DNA of 64,000 nucleotides from Octopus vulgaris (lineage: Eukaryota), in assembly GCA_951406725.2 (NCBI GenBank), contig OX597826.1, forward strand, positions 55,366,001-55,430,000, given 5' to 3'. Shown piece by piece: positions 1 through 13,056 of the stretch (position 1 is its first letter; each line of letters starts with the position of its first letter). A program made the position numbers and the translations under genes. The notes under the pieces are model-generated. The model ran no database searches. It worked only from the letters and a program-made list of their open reading frames with translations, and had not been told where the DNA came from.

Positions 1-159
1 CGAAACTTGAGTGGTTTTGAGAAAACGAACTGTGTATAATGTATTATATTCTACTTTCATTTTTAAATCTGCTCTTTGGTAGATGTTTTTGGGAAATTCC
101 TGACCTTGCTCTAAATTAATAATTTTCCAACCCACATAACACAACTGAAATAAGATTCC

Positions 160-420
160 ATCATCATCATCATCCTTCGGAACTCCATTGACAATCCCTT
201 TCCACATTACACGCTCCAGCATTGCTGGGTTCAGAACTCTAATATCCAGCCCTGAGTCCTGAGATATAGTATCTGGTAATGCCAGTTTCCCGGAGAAGAC
301 ATTTCCAGAATGATACCAGATGTGATAACCTTTTTCTCAACTCGATCATAGCGGCCAGCAAATTGTAGCCGTTTCTGCTTTAGCTTGGGGGATATTGGTA
401 ACAGATTTCTGTAGATGTTA
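160..420 (-). mobile_element. RTE-clade LINE 3' end fragment (ORF C-terminus plus (GAT)n tail)
   Basis: Minus-strand translation gives IYRNLLPISPKLKQKRLQFAGRYDRVEK and ends ...VNGVPKDDDDD, matching the RTE C-terminal R.RRL.FAGH motif and a short-repeat tail; frameshifted. Confidence 0.7.
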
Positions 421-455
421 CTAAGTGTTGTGTGTGATCGATCTCCAACTGAATT

Positions 456-757
456 TCAGTATCTGATGGAGAGACTGATCTCTTTGAATTTGAAGCAGGT
501 GTTCTGCAGGGTGACACACTCGCTCCTTTCTTGTTCATCATTGTTCTCGACTGTGTCCTACGCTTTTTCCCAAACGGTATGGAGAAAAAGGGACCCCTTT
601 TGAATCCCTGCCAGAGCAGTCAGCATTGTGCAGAATATTTAACTGATCTTGACTTTACTAATGATCTTGCCTTGATATCTCATTGTATTAAATATGCAGA
701 ATCTTTGTTAGAAGCACTGGAGAAAGCAGCAAACCAGGTCGGCCTTTGCTGCAACGA
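456..757 (+). pseudogene. RTE-clade reverse transcriptase fragment
   Basis: SDGETDLFEFEAGVLQGDTLAPFLFIIVLDCVLR...LTDLDFTNDLALISH...LEKAANQVGL contains the RT QGDxLxP motif and a degenerate DFADD motif. Confidence 0.85.
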
Positions 758-758
758 A

Positions 759-1356
<598 letters not shown>

Positions 1357-1902
1357 TGCAGTACCAGGCAGTGGCTCTCATGGCTTCTGATCTTAACTGA
1401 TTGGAAGTGTTATCACGTACATTGTTTTGTCTTGGTATAAAAGATGGGTTACAGCAAATATTCTGCTCAATACCACAGATTTGCTTGTCAGTTGTTTGAC
1501 CTTAACCAGTTGAGCATGTCCCTTAGTGGCTGACGATATGTGCATCTCTGATCACGAGCAGAAGTAGTGGCGGAGCATCATAGCCATGTGTTGAGAGGAA
1601 TTCTTTGGGGTTTGAATAATTCACCTCTGGAAACATGGGTGTTTCGTTCAACATCCTTAAGCAACTCTTATTCAGGGACCTTTTGAGCGGATGGGCTACT
1701 CAACCTGAAGAAAATTCTAACTGGGCCCCACCTGCAAGGTCATGTGCTGTTTATCTTGATATGAGATCACCATGTCGCGCACATATGGTTGTGATGCATG
1801 TGCCTGGTGCACCCTTATCAGGCGGGTAGTCATGATGGGTATATTGGGCTTCGTATATTTTACCCCAGTGTCACTTTGATGGCATGCACTGCTCTCTCAC
1901 TC
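1357..1902 (+). mobile_element. ~550-bp non-coding interspersed element X embedded in (TAA)n
   Basis: Homologous copies at 60402-60911 (-) and 57368-57500 (-); flanked by (AAT)n on both sides. Confidence 0.75.
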
Positions 1903-1911
1903 AATAATAAT

Positions 1912-2434
1912 TCCAGTACATACAGACCGAACCATCAAGGCCAGTAAACCAGATATTGTTGTGAAAGACCAAAACAATAAAGTTTGCTTATTGATCGACA
2001 TGAGCATCCCCTGTGATCATAATATCTCAGCGAAAGAGTTTGACAAGCTCAGAAAATATAAAGGCCTACTCATTGAAATTGAGAAAATGTGGCATCTCAA
2101 GGCGGTTACAATACCAGTGATCGTAGGAGCACTAGGAATGATCAAGAAGGGAACCGAAAATTATATGAGAATGATCCCTGGCTTACCATCCCTGCAAGAA
2201 GTGCAAAAGATTGTCTTAACTGGTACATCACACGTATTGAGAAGAGCATTGTCGATGTGAGAACTGTTGCTGCTCAAGTATTTTAATTTAACTTTAAAAA
2301 AAAAAAAAAAAAAATGAACGATCTACTGAGTTTGGTTTAATGGCCTACCAATGTATACTATGAGTTTCTTTGCCCTAGGAGTCGGAAAGACACTCGGCAA
2401 GAAATGGAAGCAAATTTGAAAGAAGAAAAAAAAA

Positions 2435-2435
<1 letters not shown>
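1912..2435 (+). mobile_element. 5'-truncated R4/Dong-like non-LTR retrotransposon (RLE endonuclease C-terminus plus 3' UTR)
   Basis: Uninterrupted frame PVHTDRTIKASKPDIVVKDQNNKVCLLIDMSIPCD...KLRKYKGL...IPVIVGALG...LQEVQKIVLTGTSHVLRRALSM* (PD..D..K RLE motifs), followed by an A-rich end and (TAA)n, the known Dong target. Confidence 0.9.
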
Positions 2436-2492
<57 letters not shown>

Positions 2493-2546
2493 TAATAATG
2501 ATAATAATAATAATAAGAAGAAGAAGAATAATAATAATAATAATAA

Positions 2547-2577
<31 letters not shown>

Positions 2578-2847
2578 AAGAAGAAGAAGAAGAAGAAGAA
2601 GAAGAAGAAGAAGAAGAAGAAGAAGAAGAAGAAGAAGAAGAAGAAGAAGAAGAAGAAGAAGAAGAAGAAGAAGAAGAAGAAGAAGAAGAAGAAGAAGAAG
2701 AAGAAGAAGAAGAAGAAGAAGAAGAAAAGAAAAAGAAGAAGAAGAAGAAGAAGAAGAAGAAGAAGAAGAAGAAGAAGAAGAAGAAGAAGAAAGAAGAAGA
2801 AGAAGAAGAAGAAGAAGAAGAAGAAGAAGAAGAAGAAGAAGAAGAAG

Positions 2848-2878
<31 letters not shown>
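2436..2878. repeat. (AAT)n-(AAG)n compound microsatellite
   Basis: Directly visible. Confidence 0.95.
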
Positions 2879-2879
<1 letters not shown>

Positions 2880-3261
2880 TAAAAATATCAAAACAAATAA
2901 AACATTATAAAATAGATCTAAAATATTTGGTTAATTCTTAGAACATGGAATATTTCAGGTAAAACTGTTTAAAATGGTCAAACCGATAGCCAAACCAATA
3001 GCTAATTAAATCAGCTAATTTAAGGAAAAATTTAAAAATTAAATATTTTATTATTAGAATTGAAAATTGTGTATTTAAAAATTTAGAAATCTTCAAAATT
3101 TTTTTAGTACAATCTGTCATCTTGTTCCAAATTCAGATTTGTTTTGTTTCTGTATATGTTTGTTCTTTTTTGTATTTGTTGATTTTGTTGTTGCTATGGT
3201 AATCGTTCTTATTCTGATAGTTGTTGTTTATTTAAATATTGTCTTCGTTTTGACATAGCTG

Positions 3262-3576
3262 TTGTTGTTATTGATGTTTATTGTTGTTGTTGTTGTCGTT
3301 GTTATTATGATTCGTTATCATCATTATTTTTATTGTTCTTGTTCGTCGTCGTCATCGTCGTCATCGTCATCATCATCATCATCAGCAGCAGCAAGATCAG
3401 CAACATCAACATCATCATCATCGTATCCGCTACTGTTGCTATCAAATTTCTCATCATCCACACCACCATCAACGCCACCACAACAACAAACCAACTATCA
3501 TCAATATTATTATCTGCCTCTTTCTTCTCTTCATCGCTGTTTTCGGCACCATCAACAAAACCACTATTTTCACTGG

Positions 3577-3626
<50 letters not shown>

Positions 3627-4052
3627 ACATCATCATCATCGTTGTGGTCGTCGTCATCGTCCCCATCGCCATCATCATGTTCAACACCACCATTACCACT
3701 ACCATAATCATCCCATCATTTTCGTCTTCACCACTACCGCTGACGCCGTCACCAGCACCACTACCACAACCACTACTACCACCACCGCTGCCACCACAGC
3801 TACCACCACCGCCGCTACCACCGCCACCGCTGCTTCAGCCGCCATCACCACCGCCACCACACTAGTAAGTCCTGCCATCGTTGCCGTGCCGCTGAACCTC
3901 GCTACCACCATCCGCAACCACCGCCATCACTGTCACCTTCACCGTCACCATCATCTTAATAAAATCTTCATCATCATCTTCTTGTCACCATCTTTGTCTT
4001 CCTTCATTATCGACTTCGCTGCCAACACTAGTACCACCAAACTACCACCACC

Positions 4053-4104
<52 letters not shown>

Positions 4105-4200
4105 GCATCATCATCCACATCTCCAAATCATCACCATTAGAAACATCATCAGCATCACCTCCAACAACAATACCCTCAACATTACCACTCTCTTCACCTC
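3262..4200. repeat. Degenerate (CAT/CAC/CAA)n low-complexity tract
   Basis: Mixed trinucleotide repeats that give poly-H/T/S ORFs in all frames. Confidence 0.8.
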
Positions 4201-4346
4201 ACTTCCACTTTTTTCTCTAAAAAAATGATATTTCTGCTGCTATAGGTGTTTTTCCTTTTCATTATTATTATTATATCCCTATATGATGTAACGTTGTTGT
4301 TGCTGTTAATCTTACTTATGTTGTAGTTGTTATTGTCGTTATTGTT

Positions 4347-4613
4347 TGTTCCTTCTCGAGCCACGCCTGGCTCATAGGACCGGTTTCCCGGTTCCTTTGG
4401 CGTATAGGTTACCCACTTGGACGGGACGCCGATCCGTCACAGGTGAGCTGCAAGAGGAAAGAGTGAGAGAAAGTTCGGCATTACCTTCTGCCAGAGCCGC
4501 GGAGAGCTTAGGTTTTTCGCTCATAAACACACACATCACCAGGTCTGAGATTGGAACCCGCGATCCCTCGACTGCGAGTCCGCTGCTCTAACCACTAGGC
4601 CATGTGCCTCCAC
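4347..4613 (-). mobile_element. tRNA(Arg)-like SINE group R (octopus OR-type)
   Basis: Minus-strand head gtggaggcacatggcctagtggttagagcagcggactcgcagtcgagggatcgcgggttcc has A/B boxes and a TCG anticodon-like loop; many copies in the window. Confidence 0.8.
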
Positions 4614-4643
4614 ACATTGTAGTTATTATTAATATTCAACTCA

Positions 4644-5015
4644 AGGCAGTGAGCTGGCAGGATCGTTAGCACACCGGGCGAAATGCTTAGCGGTATTTCG
4701 TTTTCCGTTACGTAGTGAGTTCAAATTCCGCCGAGGTCGACTTTGCCTTTCATCCTTTCAGTGTTGATAAATTACAGTACTAGTTACGCACTGGGGTCGA
4801 TATAATCGACTTAATCCCTTTGTCTGTCCTTGTTTGTCCACTCTATGTTTAGCCCCTAGTGGGTAGTAAAGAAATAGGTATTTCGTCTGTCTTTCCGGTC
4901 ACAGTTCAAATACCGCCGGGGTCGGTAAAATAAGTAACAGTGGAGCACTGGGGTCGATGTAATCGACTTATTCCATCGTCCCAAATTCCAGGCCTTGTGT
5001 CTATAGAAGAAAGGA
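4644..5015 (+). mobile_element. tRNA-derived SINE group M (Meta-domain-like), near full length with internal duplication
   Basis: ggcagtgagctggcaggatcgttagc...gagttcaaattccgccgaggtcgactttgcctttcatcctttc...gataaatt; more than 10 copies in the window. Confidence 0.8.
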
Positions 5016-6054
5016 TTATTAATATTCAATTCAACATGTGAAACCGTTAATCCAGACACATTTTTACTCTCCCAGTTTTTTTTCTACTCTCCATTCTTTC
5101 TTTCCTCATTCCTTTCTGTAGAAGGATGTACGTTCGAAACGTCAAACTTTTCCATTTCTCCAGAGCGTCAAACTAATACACCTTGTTTGTTGTTTTGTCA
5201 CCTGTCCTTCTCTTCTGTTTTTTGTATCTTTTTGTACGGTTTTTAATCATTATTATTAACATTGTCGTATTTGATGTTGTTACTGTTATTTCCGTTACAC
5301 AAATTACACTTCATACTGTTATTGTCGTTGTTGCTAACAGTAACTGTGGAGATAGAGTTAACATCTTTGCTGCTGCTGCGGTTGTTGTTTCCTTGACTAC
5401 GCCAGTCCTCATCCACATTGACCTATGGTCAAAAAGCTTCCAACTGACTTCGTCATATATTTATTCGGATTCAGTTCAGTTAACTAAGAAATAATCTCGC
5501 GTTACGTTAAACAGTGTAAACATATGTTTCATTGGTTTATGTAATTTCCACTGGAATTAACAACGTAAGTGAGAGGTGTGAAACAACTGGTAGCTTTTAT
5601 TGTTTGGCCTTGGTTGAGCTGTCTTATGATCAAAGAGATTAGAGCCGTGACTATAGTGCCTTTTCAGATATATACACAAGAGCAGATTATATAACGTGCT
5701 CTTTTTTGCTTAACTCCCCTAGAGTTACCCCAACCTGGGCTTCAGAGCGAAAAGGGAAACGGTTTCATATACAGCTTAAGTGTAAAGATTGCAGGCAAAC
5801 TAATAGACAGAATCGGCTGCATCTTTTCCTACGTCTGTTGTTCATTACCGCCATACCGAGAATCTGGCAGAGAAGACGTTTAACCTATTCTCTCTATTGC
5901 GGGAATATGGCGGACGAGGAAAAGACAACGAAATATTTGGCAGCTATATAATGCAGAGCGAACGACCACGCAGAGGATCTCTTGAGTAAAATCAGAATCT
6001 TTATACACATATCAACTGTATATAATTATAATTGTAATATTAGTCATTAATTGA

Positions 6055-6225
6055 CGCTGGCAGAATCGTTAGCACGCCGGGCAAAATGCTAACCAACACT
6101 TCATCGGTCTTTACGTTCTGAGTCCAAATTCCGCCGAGGATGACTTTGCCTTTCATTCTTTCGCAATCGATAAAATAACAACTAGCTGAACACTGGGATC
6201 GATGTAATCAACTTACCCTCTTTTA
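6055..6225 (+). mobile_element. SINE group M copy
   Basis: gctggcagaatcgttagcacgccgggc...ctttgcctttcattctttcgcaatcgataaaataa. Confidence 0.75.
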
Positions 6226-6248
6226 TCTTTTCGGAAACGTCAAATAAT

Positions 6249-6543
6249 ACAGTTCTATATTTAAGAGATGAGGAATTATGTACATTGTTTACATTTGACG
6301 GATATTTGTCCTCATCTTGTTTGTTGTTAACACAAGTTGTCGGCTGATATACCCTCCAGCCTTCATCATATGTCTTGGGGTCTCATTCCTAAGGTATATT
6401 TTCGATGTTGTTGTTGTTGTTGTTATTATTATTATTATTATTCAGATTACTGCCTGGAATCGAACTGCCCGTGGGCATATGGCGTAGTGGTTAAGAGCGC
6501 TGACTACTAACCCCAAGATTCCGAGTTCGATTCCAGGCAGTGA

Positions 6544-6623
<80 letters not shown>

Positions 6624-6632
6624 GTAATAATG

Positions 6633-6702
<70 letters not shown>

Positions 6703-6864
6703 CAACAATAACAACACCCAAAAAAACCTTAGGAATGAGGACCCAGGTTCGAAATCTCCCCAAGACAACTGATGAGGGCTGGAGGGTATATCAGCCGAAA
6801 CGCTGTGTTAACAACAAAGAAGATGAGGACAAATATCCGTCAAATGTAAATAATGTAAATAATG
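6249..6864 (+). mobile_element. tRNA-headed, hammerhead-tailed element in inverted composite (copy 1)
   Basis: Inverted 5'-truncated arm 6249-6466; head 6467-6547 with A box TGGCGTAGTGG and B box GAGTTCGATTCC; (AAT)n; tail with CTGATGA 6769-6775 and GAAA 6797-6800; 13-bp direct repeat AACGTCAAATAAT at 6236-6248 and 6865-6877. Confidence 0.8.
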
Positions 6865-6982
6865 AACGTCAAATAATCTATCATCAAATAATGTATAAGG
6901 TATCGACAAACACTCTCCTATCGAAATTACTGGACGAGTCTTTTAACCAGAAAACAATAAGTTGACAAGGTTTCGGGACCTT

Positions 6983-7195
6983 AAGCACGCCGGGCAAAAT
7001 GCTTAACGGCATGTCATTTGTCTTTAGGTGCCTGAATAGAAATTCTGCCAAGGTCACCTTTGCATTTCATACGTTTGGGATCGATAAAATAAATTCTATT
7101 TAAGTACTTGGCCCGATTTCATCTATTCTCCCTCCTCTCAATAAATGGCGACCTTCTGCCAAAATTTTAAATCATAAATTATTCTTAGTATAAAC
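6983..7195 (+). mobile_element. Degenerate SINE group M copy
   Basis: agcacgccgggcaaaatgcttaacggc...tttcatacgtttgggatcgataaaataa. Confidence 0.6.
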
Positions 7196-7246
7196 GTAGA
7201 CAGGAGAAGCACTTTGAAAAAAATGTGCACTAGTGTACTTAGTTTA

Positions 7247-7510
7247 GTGGAGGCGCGTGGCTTAGTGGTTAGGATGTCACCATCATGATCATAAGATTGT
7301 GGTTTCCATTCCTGGACCGGGCGACGCGTTGTGTTCTTGAGCAAAACACTTCATTTCACGTTGCTCCAGTTTACTCAGCTGGCAAAAATGAGTAACGCTG
7401 CGATGGACTGGCGTCCTGTCCAGCTGGGGAACACCCACGCCATTGAAACCGGGAAACTGGGCCCATAAGCCTTGCTAGGCTTTAAAAGGGCGCATTTATT
7501 ATTATTTTTT
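7247..7510 (+). mobile_element. Full-length SINE group R (CORE-like middle) with TSD
   Basis: A/B-box head, ttgagcaaaacacttcatttcacgttgctccagt core, gcgatggactggcgtcctgtccag tail; TSD tagtgYacttagtt at 7231-7244 and 7511-7524. Confidence 0.85.
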
Positions 7511-8677
7511 TAGTGCACTTAGTTGAGTAAAAGCTGTTCTTTCTTTTACATTTTAGAGTTCAGATTCCTTGCATAGATTTTTTAACCTCTCACCAAGCTT
7601 TGATACGATAAAATATATGAAGCACATAAATCAATTATGTCTTTTCATGAAGTGCAAGTCCTTTTAGCAATATTAGAAATCAATGTTGTTATAAATATAA
7701 ATGAAATGTTGTTTAAAGTGTATATTAAATCCAGTTTATATTTCAGTAGATGCCAGCCCTAAGCTGATGATAAATAAGCGTGCGACTCAGTTTCCTTTGA
7801 AAAATGTCTTTAGTTTAATGTATATAACTTCTACCGCCATCCGACACCGTGAAAAACCTGGTAATTCGACCTTGATGTTAAGTTATAAATTAAGAGCGAG
7901 GTAAGAATTAAGTGTGCTGTTCTGAAATATAAACGAAACGCCTACAGCAAGATATGAATCATGAAACGGGAAGTTCAGTATGTTAGCTACTGGGTCATTT
8001 CTGTCAAAATCTATATTATTATATCTGTAAGTGTTAAGCTTTTAAGTCGCTCCCACCGGAGTTATGGTACTGTTGGTCAGCTTCAATAGAATTTAAGCTA
8101 ACAACCGATAGCTGTAATAACAAACAACAACAAGATATACAGCAATATAGATATGAACTAAAATACCAGCCATAAACAAGATTAGTACAGTGACACGTTA
8201 CAGGATAGAAAAAAAAAACCCCTACATATAAGCGAAGATTCATATATGTGCTTGATCTCTTGGGTCTTGGTTAAACAGTTGGATTGTTCATGGTGAGTAC
8301 TAAAAGCCACCGATTCAACCCTTTCAAATCTGACAGATTCTTTGTCATGGAACTAGAATACTCTGTCATCTTGCCATGGAATGACAGCAGAAAACAGCTG
8401 CCGATAATAAATCTCTCAAACCTCAAAGAGGAATCGGTTCTTGTTATCATGAAGAATCTTCTTCTTCTTAGAATTATTCTCTTGCAGACCTCTATGGATT
8501 CAAACGTATTTCTTTTAAAATCATTCCCAAACTAATCTATTTACAGTATCTTAGATTCTAATTTAAGATTAAAGTTGCGTTTCTACAATAATTCCTAGTT
8601 TTAATATAAAATTGATAATATGAGGATATATTTTCTAATATACGAAATTCAATTCTAAAACTTGTCCAAAACAAAAG

Positions 8678-8925
<248 letters not shown>

Positions 8926-9587
8926 ACACAACAACACCGATGAAAATAAAACAAAATTATTTTTAAAAAGTAACAAAGGAGAAAATAACATCTTTACTCA
9001 AATTAAGATTTTGGTCTAAAATTATTAAGGAAAAACATATTTTCCGAAATTACAATTTTCCTCTAAGACTTAATAAAGAAATATGTTCTAAAACTGAACA
9101 TTGCTTCTGAAGCAGATTAGTGTGTGTTTGCCTAAATTAGTCTTGTTGCTTTGTCTCATACCAGTAGCAAATCAATACTTTTGTAATAAGTGATACATAT
9201 ATGTGTGTGTGTACATGTGTGCGTGTGTGTGTGTGTGTGTGTGTAGGTGTTTTCTATGTCCTGTCTTTACTTGTTGTTTCGTTTGCATATCTCCGTATAT
9301 ATATTATCTATTTGTAGATAATTGGATTGCTTAATATTGTAATGGTGGGTTCGTTACAGGTTTCCAGCGGGCCAGGCACTGGTTCGATGCCTTTTGGGAC
9401 GGCAAAAGTGGGTGTATGTGTGCATGTCTGTGTGTGTGTGTGTATGTGTGTGCATGTGTGTTTGTTTGTGTGTATGAGAGAGAGAGAGAGAGAGACAGAA
9501 AGGAGTGCTTGCAAGTCACTGCAGAACAAAAATTGCTTACGAGAATTACCGCTTTGTCGGCTTCATACCCGTTGATGACATCTGTTG

Positions 9588-9623
<36 letters not shown>

Positions 9624-9627
9624 TATA

Positions 9628-9933
9628 TCACCGTGATCACCGTGACCGACCAGGCTATCAGATGTTGCTACACATCGCTGGTCACAATGCGCTTCACATT
9701 GTTTCAGCCTTCAAATGACGCCACCCCGCTGGCTAAGCGAGTAGGCTAACAGAAGAAAGAGTGATAGAGAGTTGTGGCGAAAGAGTTCAGCAGGGATCAC
9801 CACCACCCCTGCCGGAGCCACGTGGAGCTTTAGGTGTTTTCGCTCAATAAACACTCACAACGGTCTGGGAATCGAAACCGCAAACCTACGACCGCCAGTA
9901 CGCTGCCCTAACCACTGGGCCATTGTGCCTCCA
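9628..9933 (-). mobile_element. SINE group R copy (tail type tgtagcaacatctgatagcctggtcggtcac)
   Basis: Head shared with 4347-4613; tail shared with 35116-35372. Confidence 0.8.
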
Positions 9934-10295
9934 CATATGTATATATATACATACATATATGTACATACCTACATATATATGCATATATACATGCATATAT
10001 AGATACAGGACGTCAAAAAAAAATAACGTGAACAGAATGAGAAACGAGAACGTAAAAAACAATAACATGGAAAACGAACTTTTTTTTCGAACGACGAAAG
10101 AAACAAATAGAGAAATGAGACAGGTGACAAAAAGAACATTCCCAGCAGTGAAACACAGACTAAACAGGGGAAGTAACATGAGCAATGTGATTCCAGCATG
10201 GCCCTTTACCTTTATTTCAATTTCCTCTTTCCCTACTCCCCACTCTCTCTGTCTCTGTCTGTCTCTCTCTTTCTTTGTTTCTTTGTTTCTTTGTT

Positions 10296-10368
<73 letters not shown>

Positions 10369-10892
10369 CTATCTATATATCTATATATCTATCTTTCTAT
10401 TTCTGTGGCCATATTCAATTTGAAATGAAAACAACAGCTTGAATTGTTTATGTATTTATCTAACACAGCTGAACAATTGCTAGCGTTGAATCCCTTTGCT
10501 TTAACCGTCCCATATGTCCGCGTATTGAGTTCAAATAATACCGAGGTCAACCTTTCCGAGTGATGGGGTTGATTATTCAATTTCTTTTATTCGTTCTGTC
10601 AAGTCCCTTTTCTGGCTGAATTCGTCTGTGGACAAACCAAATCGAGGTTGGGATCGAGAAGAGATCGAGAAATTGCACCTGGGACATGACACCGTCCCTA
10701 CACTGAGTCTACTCCGATTCTACGCCGTCCTCACAGACTTGAACGCTAAAAGCCAATGCCGTAGTAGTTCATACTGATGAGGTACACTAGGCAGAAACAT
10801 CACTACGGACAGACTTACAGAACAAAATATAGAATAAGATGTATATTTAGATATAATCGCAGAAATATAACTCATTGTAAAATAAAGTTACA

Positions 10893-11083
10893 TACGAAGG
10901 GGTACTGAAACGTTCCCGGCTTTAAGCGCGTCGCGAAGGGTCTGGTTGGAAGCCTAAACTTCGGAGTTCTTTTACAGGGCTTAGAAAAACTGAAGGACCG
11001 CTGCAATTGCTGTGTGAATCTGAGACGGGAATACGTTGAATTTTCTTTTATTCAAAGCCAGGAACTTTTCAGCACCGCTCGTA
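10893..11083 (+). mobile_element. Mariner-derived MITE
   Basis: TA-flanked imperfect ~30-bp TIRs (tacgaaggggtactgaaacgttcccggcttt / aaagccaggaacttttcagcaccgctcgta) enclosing a transposase C-terminal remnant (...GLEKLKDRCNCCVNLRREYVE). Confidence 0.8.
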
Positions 11084-11122
11084 TTTATATATATATATTT
11101 AAATACACAGACGCACACACAC

Positions 11123-11279
11123 AGCACCTTTAGTCGAACAAATCGACCCCAGAACTTTAGAAGCCTAGTACTTATTCTAACGGTAATTTTTGCCGAACCG
11201 CTAGATTACGAGGACGTAAACACACCTACATCGATTGTCAAGTGATGGTGGATCGAGAAACACAGACCAAATACACACA

Positions 11280-11328
<49 letters not shown>

Positions 11329-11500
11329 TTATATACATGACGGGCTTCTTTCTGTCGGTCTACCAAATCCACTCACAAGCCTTTGGTCGGGCCACCACTA
11401 TAGCAGAAGACACTTGCCCAAGGTGCCACGCAGTAGGACTTAACCCGGAACCGTGTTGTTGAGAAGAGAGCTTCTTACCACACAGTCACACCTGCGCCTA
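11123..11500 (-). mobile_element. tRNA-derived SINE group C (internal (CA)/(TA) tract, CR1-like tail family)
   Basis: Minus-strand head ggcgcaggtgtgactgtgtggtaagaagc...gttccgggttaagtcc...ttgggcaagtgtcttctgctatag; about 10 copies in the window. Confidence 0.8.
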
Positions 11501-11952
11501 ACGTAGTGAATATTTTAGAAATAGATGTTAAAATGTTATTTCCAACTGAAGATTCCAGAGAATGTTTTACAGAGGACGAAATCAATTGGTATTGAAATAT
11601 ACATCATTTATTGATGTATTCGAAGCAAAGGTAAGCCTATTTCTAATATGCTCGTGTGTATCTTCAATTGTTTCAATCCTTTCTATAATTGGAATTAACC
11701 AAACAAGATATCCATCTGGAGAGAAAATTTTAACGTCAACAGCAATCAGGTTAATTGGAATGTGCAATTTCAGTCAAGGAATGTCGAATAATATCATACA
11801 ATACGCAAGCAGCAAGCATCAAAGTGTGTAGTGATATAATATAATAGGTAATTATTGTCATACATCGATATTAGAATTTAATAGACGTATATCCAGGTTT
11901 GGAAATAGGGGATATAAATACAATAAAAGTGATGGAAGATAGTACAATATGA

Positions 11953-12000
<48 letters not shown>

Positions 12001-12973
12001 GGGTGTATGTGTGTATATATGTGTGTATATGCGTGTGTGTCTATGTATATACATATAAGCATATCAATAGATATAGAGAGGTTTGTATGTACACAGACAC
12101 AAACACTCATACATACACTTATCCATTTGTATATATGTGTAAATATATCAGATGGGGTCACTTGAAAGCATATAAGCGAAGTAGTTAACCCCTGGCCAAC
12201 CTCAAAGTCTAAAGATGCAGTCAGAAAGACATAAAAAGTGAATCTTAAATATGCGACATAAAGAAAGTACATGTAAGAAGTTACCCCAGACGTTTCGGTC
12301 AGTATACTCCTTCTCAGTCGCTGTGGAACTGAAAAGAACTACACCTAAAACTAAAAATATAAAAATTACACACATTTGTTGATAATAGAAATAGAAGAGA
12401 TATTAAATATTCACTCACGTGATATATTACTGAGGAATTATGTATTTCAGAAATGTGAGAAATAATGTCACAGTGCCATAATAGGGAAATGTAAGCTGGG
12501 ATACTTAAATATATGCCAGTAAATATATTCTAGGTATATGTAGATAGAGCGAGGCGTATTAATAATAGTTTGTCTCATAAAGATAATTAATTACTGGGAG
12601 AAGTCGACTATCAGAAAACACACCCAGAAAAGCAGACAGGCACACACATTCATAAATACATACATACACATTCACACGCGATCACACTCACACGCAATCA
12701 CATGTACACACAGGTCTGTCTGTGTATACATTTAGGCATATATATATATATATATACTCACATATATATGGGAATATAAATAGAAATGTGAGCGTATGTG
12801 TGTATGTGCGTGCATGTATATGTATGTTTATAGTCATCTTTATATATATATATACACAAAAATACACGCACACAAACACACACACACGCACACATGCACA
12901 CATATAAATACCCATGCATACTTACAAGTATATGGCTGTTAGGATAAAAGTATTGTTTATACGTATAAGTGCA

Positions 12974-13056
<83 letters not shown>

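Noticed and set aside
1529-1570. CTGACGA in element X as a hammerhead
   Set aside because: No GAAA/stem III/UH arrangement downstream, and the motif is absent from the 60.4 kb copy
3262-4140. 292-aa His/Thr/Pro-rich ORF
   Set aside because: Degenerate trinucleotide repeats open in several frames and on both strands; no domain or splice context
5706-5951. 81-aa ORF in unique sequence
   Set aside because: No recognisable motif and no convincing splice donor
6467-6547. tRNA gene
   Set aside because: It has A/B boxes but no proper acceptor stem, and it is fused to a repeat tail; this is a SINE head. The same applies to the group R, C and M heads
10755-10810. CTGATGAG...GAAAC hammerhead-like string
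   Set aside because: No stem II, and the CCGTAGT/ACTACGG pairing is out of register with the core
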